A stretch of DNA of 64,000 bases, taken from assembly GCA_036505215.1 (NCBI GenBank), contig DASXTW010000085.1, positions 656-64,655 on the forward strand, in the 5' to 3' direction. Source of the stretch: Actinomycetota bacterium (GTDB lineage Bacteria > Actinomycetota > UBA4738). The translations under genes were made by a program, and so were the position numbers. Positions 1-8,616 of the stretch are shown here, one piece after another. The notes beneath the pieces are model-generated. The model was not told where the DNA came from. It made no database searches and worked only from the letters and a program-made list of their open reading frames with translations. Within the stretch, counting starts at the first letter, position 1, and every line of letters begins with the position of its first letter.

Positions 1-202
1 GAGCGGATCAGGGTGCTGCACTCCCCTGGCGATGAGGACGATCCGAAGGATCGGCCTTATCGGGAAGAGCGAGGCAGCTGCGAACCTCCTGGCTCGCGAA
101 GCGGTCCGTCAAAGGCGGAACGCGCTTCCGAGGAGATGAAAGTGGCGCATAGGCCAGGTCGGCAGCCTCCTGCTGCTCCGGGTCGAACGCGCCCCCGTCC
201 CG

Positions 203-1090
203 CTAGGACGTGGCCTTCTTGAACGCCCTGGTCGCTCCAGTGAGCGTGAACAGCCCGACGATGGCGATGACGCCAATCGTCTTTCCGAACTGCATCCAGC
301 TGTATCCGAAGTTCATGAAGTCCCGGGCCGTGTTGATGACGTAGGTCACCGGATTGAACTTGCCCACCGTTTCCAGCCAGTGCGGGAGCAACGCGGAGGG
401 CATCATGGCCGTGGACAGGAACAGCAGCGGGAACGTCAACAGGATGCCGATCATCATGGTCATCTCGGAGTTCTTCGTCCGAAGGGCCACGATGTTGGAG
501 AGTCCCGCCCACACGATGCCGAAGCATGCTGCAGTGAAGAGCATTACGAGTGCGCCGATCACCCCGGTCTCGATCCTGGCCCCCATGAGGAGGGCCACGA
601 CCAGCACCAGGGCTCCTTGTAGGACCATTCGGGTGGCGTCCGCCAGGATCTTGCCGATCAGCACGCTCGAGCGGTGGATCGGGCTGATCAGGAACTTGTC
701 GAGCATCCCCTGTTCGAGGTCGGCCACCATCCCCATGCCGGACTGGAAGGCCGACGTCAGAACGGTCATGGTCAGGACGCTCGGGGCGAAGAACATCAGG
801 TAGCTGGCGAACCCCTGCTGCTGGAACTGCGGGAACTCGCCGAGCTTCTTGAAGATCTGTGTGAACAGCAGGAGCCACAGCATCGGCTGGAACAGCGAGA
901 AGAACAGCATCATCGGGATCCGTACCAGCTTCTTCAGGTTGCGCCCGAAGATCGTGACGGACTCGCCGACCAGCCGAGTGGCGGGATTGCCCTGTGCTTC
1001 CGGGCGGGTGAGGAGCTCCCATCGATCGCCGGAGCCCGAATCCGCTGGCCGAACGGGCGTCCCTGACGTGGTCTCGATCGACTTCGCCAT
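203..1090 (-). CDS. ABC-2 type transporter permease (about 296 aa, multi-TM)
   Basis: Hydrophobic multi-helix protein from the ORF 203..1582, with the start taken at the internal Met (MAKSIE...) whose ATG abuts the upstream ATPase stop. Operon partner of the ABC ATPase. Confidence 0.8.
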   Translation of the reverse strand: MAKSIETTSGTPVRPADSGSGDRWELLTRPEAQGNPATRLVGESVTIFGRNLKKLVRIPMMLFFSLFQPMLWLLLFTQIFKKLGEFPQFQQQGFASYLMFFAPSVLTMTVLTSAFQSGMGMVADLEQGMLDKFLISPIHRSSVLIGKILADATRMVLQGALVLVVALLMGARIETGVIGALVMLFTAACFGIVWAGLSNIVALRTKNSEMTMMIGILLTFPLLFLSTAMMPSALLPHWLETVGKFNPVTYVINTARDFMNFGYSWMQFGKTIGVIAIVGLFTLTGATRAFKKATS

Positions 1091-1092
1091 GG

Positions 1093-2115
1093 CTATCCTC
1101 TCCTCGCTCCGCGCATCGTTGCGAACATCGAGCTGTGCGCCGTGGTCGCTTCCTCCACCCGCATGCGTTCGCCCGTGTACCTCAGGAACACCTCGTCCAG
1201 CGTGGGCGTCGTGAACGTAAGCTTGGCGATCGGCACACCCTGTTCGTCGAGGCGGCGCACCAGCGCCGACAGCGACTGCCCGGCATCGGTGACCGGCACC
1301 GCCACCGAGTGGTCGAACGCGGTTGGCTCGCCGGCGCCGGGGAACCCGGCCAGGGCCGCCTTGGCCCGCTCCACCCGTGCTCCGTCCGAGTCTTCGGGAA
1401 GGGCCAGCGTGACCACGTCCCCACCGACCGTCGCCTTGAGCTCCGATGGCGAGCCCGACACCACGATCTTGCCGTGGTCGATGATGGCGAGGCGGCTGCA
1501 CAGCCGGTCGGCCTCCTCCATGTACTGCGTGGTCAGGAAGATCGTCGAGCCGGCGCTCCTCAGCTCCTCCAGGTGGCGCCAAAGGGCATTCCGCGTTTGC
1601 GGATCCAGTCCGGTGGTGGGCTCGTCCAGGAAGAGGAGCGGTGGCTGGTGAACCAGGGCCTGGACAAGATCGAGGCGGCGGCGCATGCCGCCCGAGTAGG
1701 CCGCCGCCCGCCGGTCCCGGGCGTCGGTGAGCCCGAAGATCTCCAGCAGCTCGTCGGCCCTTCGGGCGGCCTCCGCCGAACTCATGCCGTGGAGCCGGCC
1801 TTGCAGGACGAGGTTCTCTCGGCCGGTGAGATCGACGTCGATGCCGATGAACTGGCCGGCATAGCCGATCATCCTGCGGATGGCCTCGGCCTCCCGATCG
1901 ACGTCGTGCCCGCCGACCCTGGCTCTTCCCGAGGTCCTGGGCAACAGGGTCACCAGGATGCGGATGGTCGTGGTCTTGCCCGCGCCGTTGGGTCCGAGGA
2001 ACCCGAAGATCTCACCGGGGCGCACCTCGAAGGACACGTCGTCCACGGCCCGGGTACCGTCGGGGTAGACCTTGACCAGGTTCTCCACCTCGATCAGCCG
2101 TGGAACCTCGTTCAT
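1093..2115 (-). CDS. ABC transporter ATP-binding protein (DrrA-like, ABC-2 exporter)
   Basis: Walker A GPNGAGKTTT, signature YSGGMRRRL and Walker B LLFLDEPTTGLD. Stop/start junction with the downstream permease. Confidence 0.9.
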   Translation of the reverse strand: MNEVPRLIEVENLVKVYPDGTRAVDDVSFEVRPGEIFGFLGPNGAGKTTTIRILVTLLPRTSGRARVGGHDVDREAEAIRRMIGYAGQFIGIDVDLTGRENLVLQGRLHGMSSAEAARRADELLEIFGLTDARDRRAAAYSGGMRRRLDLVQALVHQPPLLFLDEPTTGLDPQTRNALWRHLEELRSAGSTIFLTTQYMEEADRLCSRLAIIDHGKIVVSGSPSELKATVGGDVVTLALPEDSDGARVERAKAALAGFPGAGEPTAFDHSVAVPVTDAGQSLSALVRRLDEQGVPIAKLTFTTPTLDEVFLRYTGERMRVEEATTAHSSMFATMRGARRG

Positions 2116-2807
2116 CGGGTCACCCCTCTCGCCCGCTCACTTCGCGGGGTCAGTCCCTCCATGAGATTTCGCACGATCTCTCGTGCGTAGTGCTCGTCGG
2201 TTCCCAGCGCGGCTTCGTCCCCGACCAGCTCCTCGATGACGGCCTGGCTGAAGCAGGCCCCCAGGAGCGTCCTGGTCACGTGCTCGGGGGAGGCCTCCTC
2301 CGAGATCCGCCCGAGGCGCTGCTCCTTCCGAAGGTAGGTCGAGAGCGATCGCAACGCTTTCATCGGGCCGCCCTTGGTCTCGCGGAAGTGGCGGCGTTGC
2401 TCTTCGAGGAGCTCCCGTTCGGCCATCGCCCCGATCACCATCGGCACGATGACCCGGTAGAAACCCAGGGCCATCCGACCAACTTCCTCCAGGTTCTTGC
2501 GAACCGTGCCGGTTCCGGCCCGGTCCGGCAGGGTGCTGATCAGCTCCAGGAACTCAGGGAAACGGGTCCGGATGATTTCCATGAACAGGGCATGCTTGTC
2601 CACGAAGTAGCGGTAGATGCTTCCCTCGGCGCAGCCGGCTCGTTCGGCAATGGCGCGCGTGGTGGCCGCTCGAAGGCCGCGATCGTGGATGATCTCCTCG
2701 GCCGCCGCGAGGATGTGCATGCGTATCCCAGGGGGGATCTCCTCAGTGGCCAACCACAGCTCCTTCTGCGACGTCCCCGTTGGGGGAGACCGAGACTGGC
2801 TGGACAT
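2112..2807 (-). CDS. TetR family transcriptional regulator
   Basis: N-terminal TetR HTH region (ILAAAEEIIHDRGLRAATTRAIAERAGCAEGSIYRYF). The start is uncertain: the longest ORF overlaps the MFS gene by 65 nt, and an internal Met at 2720 is the alternative. Overlaps the ABC ATPase start by 4 nt. Confidence 0.75.
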   Translation of the reverse strand: MSSQSRSPPTGTSQKELWLATEEIPPGIRMHILAAAEEIIHDRGLRAATTRAIAERAGCAEGSIYRYFVDKHALFMEIIRTRFPEFLELISTLPDRAGTGTVRKNLEEVGRMALGFYRVIVPMVIGAMAERELLEEQRRHFRETKGGPMKALRSLSTYLRKEQRLGRISEEASPEHVTRTLLGACFSQAVIEELVGDEAALGTDEHYAREIVRNLMEGLTPRSERARGVTR

Positions 2808-4344
2808 GGCTCCTCACGAACAGCACCGAGACCACCGACGCCAGGATCAAGAACCCGATCGCCACCAGCATCCCGACGTGGATGGAGTGGACGAAAGCGT
2901 GCTGGACGGCCTGGCCGATGGTGGAGTTCGCCCCATCCCCTGCCGTGTTGCCAGCCGCTGCGCTGGCGCCGGCCTTCGTCACGACGACGGCAGCCTGAGC
3001 CTTGGGGATGCCGGCCTCCACCAGCCGGGCCAGGAACCCACGGTTGAAGGCTGCCGTCACGATCGCTCCGAGCAGGGCGATGCCGAACACCCCACCCAGC
3101 TCCCGGCTGGTGTTGGTGGCCGCCGAGGCCACCCCGGCGTGGCGCGTCTCCACCGACCCCATGACCGCCGCCGTCATGGGGGTCATGGTGGAGGCCATCC
3201 CGGCCGCAAGGACGATGAATGCTGGAAGGATCACGGTCAGGTAGGAGGAATCCGGCTGGGTTCGCAGCAGCAGGCCCATTCCCGCTGCTGCCACCAGCGG
3301 CCCGAAGGTCATGAACCACCGGGAGCCGAAACGGTCGGACAGCCGGCCGGCCATCGGGGCCACCAGCAGGATCACCACCGAGAACGCAAACAGCCGCATC
3401 CCCGCCCCCACCGGCGAGTAGCCCCGCACGTTCTGCAGGTACAGGGTCAGGAAGAACACCGACCCGAACATGGCGAAGAACACGGCGGCGGCGACCACGT
3501 TGGCAGCGGCGAACGTGGGGATCCGGAAGAACGACAGAGGGAGCATGGGGGACTCCCGATGGGACTCCACGTAGAAAAACACGGCGAGGAGGATCGCGGA
3601 GAGGGCGAACGCGGCGAGGATCAAGCCGTCGGTCCACCCTCGGGCGTTTCCTTCGATCAGGGCGAACACCAGGAAGAAGAGCCCGGCGGTCCCTGTGACC
3701 AGTCCGGGCGGGTCGACGCGCCGAGACCTGGTTCGATCGCGAGACTCCCGCACCACCAGGTATGTCATGACCAAGCCGATGATCCCGACCGGAACGTTGA
3801 CGTAGAAGATGCTCTGCCAGGAGACGTGCTCTACGAGATACCCGCCGATCACCGGACCGATGGCCACCGCCAGCCCGGACATGGCCGCCCAGATCCCGAT
3901 GGCCGCGCCTCGCTCCTTGCCGCTGAACGTGGCCGTGATGATCGAGAGCGAACCGGGAAGGAGCAGGGCCGCGCCGAGCCCCTGGACGGCGCGGAAGGCA
4001 ACCAGCTCCGAGGTGGACCCGGCAAGCCCGCACATCAGCGAGCCGAGGGTGAAGACGACCAGCCCCGCCATGAAGAAGCGCTTGCGACCGTACAGGTCTC
4101 CCAGCGCGCCGCCGGTGAGCATGAACGAGGCGAAGGTGAGCGTGTACGCATCGATGATCCATTGCAGCCCCGACACGCCCGCTCCGAGCTTGGTCTGGAT
4201 GGTCGGGAGCGCCACGTTGACCACCAGGTTGTCCAGCATGGGCATGAACAGCCCGAACACCATGGCGACCAGCACCCACCACTTCCGCCCGTCTTCGGTA
4301 GCCACGTGGGGCTGGGAAATCGCTCTGTCGATCGCTCGTTCCAT
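2743..4344 (-). CDS. MFS drug efflux transporter, DHA2 (EmrB/QacA) family, 14-TM
   Basis: 533 aa with the characteristic N-terminus (WWVLVAMVFGLFMPMLDNLVVNVALPTIQ) and GALGDLYGRKR motif. First gene of the minus-strand efflux operon. Confidence 0.9.
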   Translation of the reverse strand: MERAIDRAISQPHVATEDGRKWWVLVAMVFGLFMPMLDNLVVNVALPTIQTKLGAGVSGLQWIIDAYTLTFASFMLTGGALGDLYGRKRFFMAGLVVFTLGSLMCGLAGSTSELVAFRAVQGLGAALLLPGSLSIITATFSGKERGAAIGIWAAMSGLAVAIGPVIGGYLVEHVSWQSIFYVNVPVGIIGLVMTYLVVRESRDRTRSRRVDPPGLVTGTAGLFFLVFALIEGNARGWTDGLILAAFALSAILLAVFFYVESHRESPMLPLSFFRIPTFAAANVVAAAVFFAMFGSVFFLTLYLQNVRGYSPVGAGMRLFAFSVVILLVAPMAGRLSDRFGSRWFMTFGPLVAAAGMGLLLRTQPDSSYLTVILPAFIVLAAGMASTMTPMTAAVMGSVETRHAGVASAATNTSRELGGVFGIALLGAIVTAAFNRGFLARLVEAGIPKAQAAVVVTKAGASAAAGNTAGDGANSTIGQAVQHAFVHSIHVGMLVAIGFLILASVVSVLFVRSHVQPVSVSPNGDVAEGAVVGH

Positions 4345-4396
4345 GGATGATCCCTCCCGTCAGGGGGCGTCCGGCCCGTCCCAAACCCCTGTGGAG

Positions 4397-4435
4397 TGAG
4401 TGAGTACTCGCTCATTTTGAGTGAGCACTCACTCA
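4397..4435. promoter_or_regulatory. Tandem pair of 18-bp near-perfect palindromes (TGAGTGAGTACTCGCTCA / TGAGTGAGCACTCACTCA) separated by TTT; candidate TetR operator
   Basis: Read directly in the sequence. Lies 53-91 nt upstream of the MFS start on the minus strand and 128 nt upstream of gabT. Palindrome centres are 21 bp apart. Confidence 0.5.
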
Positions 4436-4562
4436 AATGTCAACTCGCCTGTCGGGGGCCCAACGAATCGGCCTCTCGCCGTGGCGCATGCCGGAGGCCA
4501 GGACGGTCGTGTAGGCTCGCCGCGCCGCCGACGCAGCCCGACTCCGTCCAGGAGGTCTCTGC

Positions 4563-5936
4563 ATGGGCAAGGCCATCCGCATGGTGACCGAGCTCCCCGG
4601 GCCGAGGTCCAGGGCGGTCCTCGAGCGCAAGGCCAAGGTGGTATGCGACCCGCTCGATATCCACGTGCCCGCGGTGATCGACCACGGGGAAGGTGCGCGG
4701 ATCACCGACCTGGACGGCAACAGGCTGTTGGACTTCTCGGGCGGATTGGGGTGCCACCTGGTCGGCTACTCGCACCCACGGGTCGTCGAAGCGGTCCAGC
4801 GACAAGCCGCCCGCTTCTCCCACACGGACTTCTCTGTCATTCCCTACGAGGTCTATGTGCAACTGGCCGAGCGGCTGGTCGCCCTCACCGGCATGCAGGA
4901 GGGCAAGGTGGCGCTGTTCAACGCCGGAGCGGAGGCGGTGGAGAACGCGGTCAAGTTCGCTCGAGCGGCCACGGGCCGGCCGGCGATGCTGTGCTTCGAG
5001 GGCGCCTTCCACGGGCGGACGCTCCTCACGATGACGCTGACCAGCCGGTACAAGCCGTACAAGTCGGGATTCGGCCCGTTCGCTCCGGAGGTGTACCGGA
5101 TGCCGTATCCATATCCCTACCGGAGCGCCCATCCCGAAGAAGCCGGCCAGCTCGCGCTTCAGTCGATCGAGCGGGGGCTCCAGACCACGATCGACCCCAC
5201 ATCGGTTGCGGCGGCGATCGTCGAGCCGGTCCAGGGAGAGGGCGGCTTCGTGGTGCCGACGCCGGATTTCCTCCGGGGCCTGGGCGAGCTGTGCCGCCGC
5301 CACGGCATCCTGGTCATCGCCGACGAAGTGCAGTCGGGCTGCGGCCGCACCGGCAGGTTCCTGGCCTCCGAGCATTTTGGGTTCGAACCCGACGTGGTGA
5401 TCCTGGCCAAGGCGCTCGCCGACGGCTATCCGTTGTCGGCTGTGGTCGCCCGCAAGGAGATCATGGATGCGCCCGGGCCGTCGGCCATCGGCGGCACCTA
5501 CGTGGGGAATCCAGTCGCGTGCGCCGCGGCCAACGCGGTCCTCCAGGTCATCGAGGACGAGGGTCTCTTCCAGAGAGCCGAGCAGCTCGGCAAGACCCTC
5601 AAGGCTCGCTGGGAAGAGGTGGCCCAGGATGTGCCACAGATCGGCGAGGTCCGAGCGATCGGGGCCATGGTGGGAGTGGAGTTCGTAGAGGACCGCGAGA
5701 CCAAGCAGCCGCACGAAGAATTCGTGAGGGCGCTGATCGGCCGGGCCATGAAGAACGGTGTGGTGGCCGTGTCCTGCGGCCCGTACCACAATGTGGTGCG
5801 CCATCTGATGCCTCTGGTCATCACCGACGAGGAGCTCGACGAAGGCCTCGACGTCCTCTCCGAGGCCGCGGTGAGGGCATCGAAAGGCCAGCTGGACGGT
5901 GTCCCGGCCGGCTCGGGGGACGTCGAAGGAGAATGA
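4563..5936 (+). CDS. gabT: 4-aminobutyrate aminotransferase / class III PLP-dependent aminotransferase
   Basis: 457 aa. Typical GabT N-terminus (ELPGPRSRAVLERKAKV) and the class III aminotransferase fold signature throughout. Confidence 0.9.
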   Translation: MGKAIRMVTELPGPRSRAVLERKAKVVCDPLDIHVPAVIDHGEGARITDLDGNRLLDFSGGLGCHLVGYSHPRVVEAVQRQAARFSHTDFSVIPYEVYVQLAERLVALTGMQEGKVALFNAGAEAVENAVKFARAATGRPAMLCFEGAFHGRTLLTMTLTSRYKPYKSGFGPFAPEVYRMPYPYPYRSAHPEEAGQLALQSIERGLQTTIDPTSVAAAIVEPVQGEGGFVVPTPDFLRGLGELCRRHGILVIADEVQSGCGRTGRFLASEHFGFEPDVVILAKALADGYPLSAVVARKEIMDAPGPSAIGGTYVGNPVACAAANAVLQVIEDEGLFQRAEQLGKTLKARWEEVAQDVPQIGEVRAIGAMVGVEFVEDRETKQPHEEFVRALIGRAMKNGVVAVSCGPYHNVVRHLMPLVITDEELDEGLDVLSEAAVRASKGQLDGVPAGSGDVEGE

Positions 5937-5943
5937 ACTGACG

Positions 5944-6669
5944 ATGGCGGATGAGAGCCCGAGTCGCCTTCCCCGGCCCGACCTGGTGGGGGGCGGCGCA
6001 TCGACGGACGCGCTCGAGGCGCTTCGAGACGAATGCGAGGAGGTCTCGATGGTCGTCGTTGGCCTCTCCGAGGCGGACTTCTCCCGGCCCACTCGGTGCG
6101 CGGCCTGGACCGTCAAGGAACTCCTCGCCCACATGTACTGGGGTCTGAACCGGGCCAAGCGGTGGCTGGCCGAGCCGCCTCCCGAGGCGGCCGACGCGGA
6201 TTCGGTTGGCTACTGGCGCAGTTACGACCCCCTGGAGGATGCCCCGGGCATCGCCGACCGGGCCACGCAGCGGGCGGCCGAGTACGCCAGCGGAAACGAG
6301 CTCGCCATGGCGTGGGACGGGCTGTGGCGGGAGGTCGTGGAGTCGGCAGGCCGCGAGGACCGATCCCGGGTCGTCTCGACGTGGGGTCCCACCCTGACCC
6401 TGGACGAATTCCTGAAGACTCGGGTTCTGGAGATCACCGTGCACCGGATGGATCTGGAGGACGCCCTGGGGCAGAAGGGCTGGGGGACAGACCAAGCCGT
6501 CTCCATCGTGGACGACACGCTGGAGGGTCTCCTGGGCGAGCAGCCGCCCAGTGACCTGGAGTGGGATGTCGTCGAATTCATCGAGGCGGGCACCGGCCGG
6601 AGGTCTCTCACGAGCAAGGAGCGAGAGATCCTGGGAGCTCTGGCAGATCGGTTCCCCTTGCTGGGCTAG
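5944..6669 (+). CDS. DinB/mycothiol-dependent maleylpyruvate isomerase N-terminal domain family protein (TIGR03083-like)
   Basis: ATG at 5944 immediately after the gabT stop. Contains the RCAAWTVKELLAHM motif of the DinB/MDMPI family. Confidence 0.55.
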   Translation: MADESPSRLPRPDLVGGGASTDALEALRDECEEVSMVVVGLSEADFSRPTRCAAWTVKELLAHMYWGLNRAKRWLAEPPPEAADADSVGYWRSYDPLEDAPGIADRATQRAAEYASGNELAMAWDGLWREVVESAGREDRSRVVSTWGPTLTLDEFLKTRVLEITVHRMDLEDALGQKGWGTDQAVSIVDDTLEGLLGEQPPSDLEWDVVEFIEAGTGRRSLTSKEREILGALADRFPLLG

Positions 6670-6689
6670 GGGGTCCAGGCCCCTCCGAA

Positions 6690-7784
6690 CTAGCGCAACC
6701 GGAACTTGGCCTGGGCCAATGTCCGTCCACCCGATGCGTTGATCGAGAGGTCGCCCTCGCAGGACTGGCACAGTCGGGACGCCACGAACAGACCGAGCCC
6801 GAACCCGCTCCGCGTCCGGGTGGCCGACATGTCCTCCTGGAAGAACGCGCCGAAGTCCTGGCTCTGGGGCGTCCAGCCCCCGGCGTCGGCAACCGAAAGG
6901 ACGGCGTAGCCGTCGTCCTTCCACGCGCTCACCTCGATGGGGCGGGTCCCGTGCCGGACCGCATTCGACAGCAGCTCGAACGCGACTCGCTCTACACACT
7001 TGTGCGGCACTCCTTCCCACACCGCGTCCTTGACGATCGCCCGGTCCGGCGGCGCGTCGAGCCGGTGCGCGGCCGTGGCGATGGCCTGCTCGACGTCGGT
7101 GATGCCCTCGGTGGAAGGACCGGCAGCCACCAGCTCCAGACCCTCGACGAGAAACTCGAGCTCGCCCACCCGGCGCAGAGCGCTCTCCACGATGGGGCGT
7201 TCCTCGGGCGAGACCCCGCTTTGCTCGAGCATCCGGATCGCGCCGGAGATGATGGTGAGCGGCGTCCGCAGCTCGTGGGACAGCACCTGGACGAACTCGG
7301 CCCTGGCTCGGGCAAGCCGTTCGATCTGAGCCCGGCGTTCCCGCTCTTCTTCCAGAAGCCTCCGGAGGTCCTCCACCGCGGCGGGGAGAACCCGGTGGTC
7401 CAGCTCGGCCTCCCCGGTGGCGGCCCGCTTGATGGCGGCGGACAGCTCGTCGATCGTGCCCCCCTTCACGACATAGCCGATCGCGCCCGCCGTGAGCATG
7501 TCCCGCACCGTGCTGGGGTCGTCCGACCAGGTCAGGGCGACGACCTTCACCCCGGGGTACTCGTCCAGAAGAGACCGGGCCGCGGCGACTCCATCCATGT
7601 CCGGCATGCGGACGTCCATGAGGACGACGTCCGGCCTGCACTCGGCGGCGACGTTGATGGCCTCCCGGCCGTCCCCGGCCTCCCCGACAACCTGGATGCC
7701 TCCGCCCAGGGCAAGCGCCTCCCGGAGCATCGTCCTGGTGCTCGAGGAGTCGTCCACGACCATGACGCGTACGGAGTTGCCCAT
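6690..7784 (-). CDS. Hybrid signalling protein: N-terminal REC receiver fused to HisKA-HATPase histidine kinase
   Basis: REC motifs (VMVVDDS ... VVLMDVRMPDMDG), H-box (LSHELRTPL) and C-terminal ATPase G-boxes (GFGLGL). Confidence 0.8.
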   Translation of the reverse strand: MGNSVRVMVVDDSSSTRTMLREALALGGGIQVVGEAGDGREAINVAAECRPDVVLMDVRMPDMDGVAAARSLLDEYPGVKVVALTWSDDPSTVRDMLTAGAIGYVVKGGTIDELSAAIKRAATGEAELDHRVLPAAVEDLRRLLEEERERRAQIERLARARAEFVQVLSHELRTPLTIISGAIRMLEQSGVSPEERPIVESALRRVGELEFLVEGLELVAAGPSTEGITDVEQAIATAAHRLDAPPDRAIVKDAVWEGVPHKCVERVAFELLSNAVRHGTRPIEVSAWKDDGYAVLSVADAGGWTPQSQDFGAFFQEDMSATRTRSGFGLGLFVASRLCQSCEGDLSINASGGRTLAQAKFRLR

Positions 7785-7836
7785 CTTGGTACCTCAGGGT
7801 AATGGTTCGACCACCGGGAACGAGTACCTAAATGGA

Positions 7837-8553
7837 GTGATATCCCCTGCCCCTAGAATCGCCGGCGTGCCGCTCGCTGGCTCACTGGCCGATCTGAGGA
7901 ACGACATCGTGGTGTGCCGGCGTTGCCCCCGGCTGGTCGAATGGCGGGAGCGGGCGGCACGGGAGAAGCGAGCCTCCTTCGCCAACTGGGAGTACTGGGG
8001 CCGCCCCGTCCCGGGCTTCGGTGATCCCCAGGCCCGGATCCTGATCGTGGGCCTGGCTCCAGCGGCCCACGGGGGAAATCGCACTGGACGAATCTTCACC
8101 GGGGATCGTTCGGGCGACTTCCTCTTCGATGTCGTCTACAGGTGCCGCCTCTCGAACCAGGCGACATCGGTCAGCGCGGACGACGGGCTGGAGCTGAAGG
8201 ACCTGTACGTTGCCGCTGTGAACCGGTGCTGCCCACCGGGGAATCGCCCCACGCCCGAGGAGCGGGACAATTGCCTTCCCTACCTGGCTCGGGAGATCGA
8301 TCTGCTCCAGAGCCTGAAGGTGCTGGTGGCCCTGGGCTCCTTCGCCTGGGACGGGGCGCTTCGCGCGCTCCACCAACTGGGGCATCCGACGCCGCAGCCA
8401 AAGCCGCGGTTCGGTCATGGTGTGGAAGCGAGAATGGGACCGTACACGCTGATCGGTTCGTTCCATCCGAGCCAGCAGAACACCTTCACCGGGAAGCTCA
8501 CAACAGAGATGCTCGAGGCCGTGCTCCGAAGGGCCATCGCCCTGGCCGACTGA
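7837..8553 (+). CDS. udgB: Uracil-DNA glycosylase, family 5 (UdgB-type)
   Basis: CRRCPRL motif and the family-5 GLAPAAHGG motif (family 4 has GEGPG). No in-frame ATG lies after the upstream gene start, so an in-frame GTG at 7837 is proposed and the start is uncertain. Confidence 0.75.
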   Translation: MISPAPRIAGVPLAGSLADLRNDIVVCRRCPRLVEWRERAAREKRASFANWEYWGRPVPGFGDPQARILIVGLAPAAHGGNRTGRIFTGDRSGDFLFDVVYRCRLSNQATSVSADDGLELKDLYVAAVNRCCPPGNRPTPEERDNCLPYLAREIDLLQSLKVLVALGSFAWDGALRALHQLGHPTPQPKPRFGHGVEARMGPYTLIGSFHPSQQNTFTGKLTTEMLEAVLRRAIALAD

Positions 8554-8616
8554 CGACCTCTCTCCCCTCAGCGAAGGCGGCCGCCTCCACGGGATGACAA
8601 GCGAGAGAACAGCCGT

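Noticed and set aside
13-1022. ORFs 13..222 (+) and 57..1022 (-) at the window start
   Set aside because: No motifs. 57..1022 lies antisense to, or overlapping, the well-supported ABC permease. The 1-202 region may hold the end of a gene outside the window, but nothing can be supported.
2540-4384. Long antisense or out-of-frame ORFs (2540..4384, 2617..4350, 4440..6158, 5821..7641, 7882..9096, 16008..18830, 20464 antisense partners, 30836..33193, 36803..38971 and others)
   Set aside because: At about 70% GC, stop codons are rare in non-coding frames. These ORFs overlap strongly supported genes on the other strand or frame, show Arg/Pro/Gly-biased low-complexity composition, and lack recognisable motifs.
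4035-4436. ORF MSECSLKMSEYSL... spanning the palindromic operator
   Set aside because: The peptide is simply the translation of the palindromes (SECSLK/SEYSL). It overlaps the MFS start and intergenic regulatory DNA.
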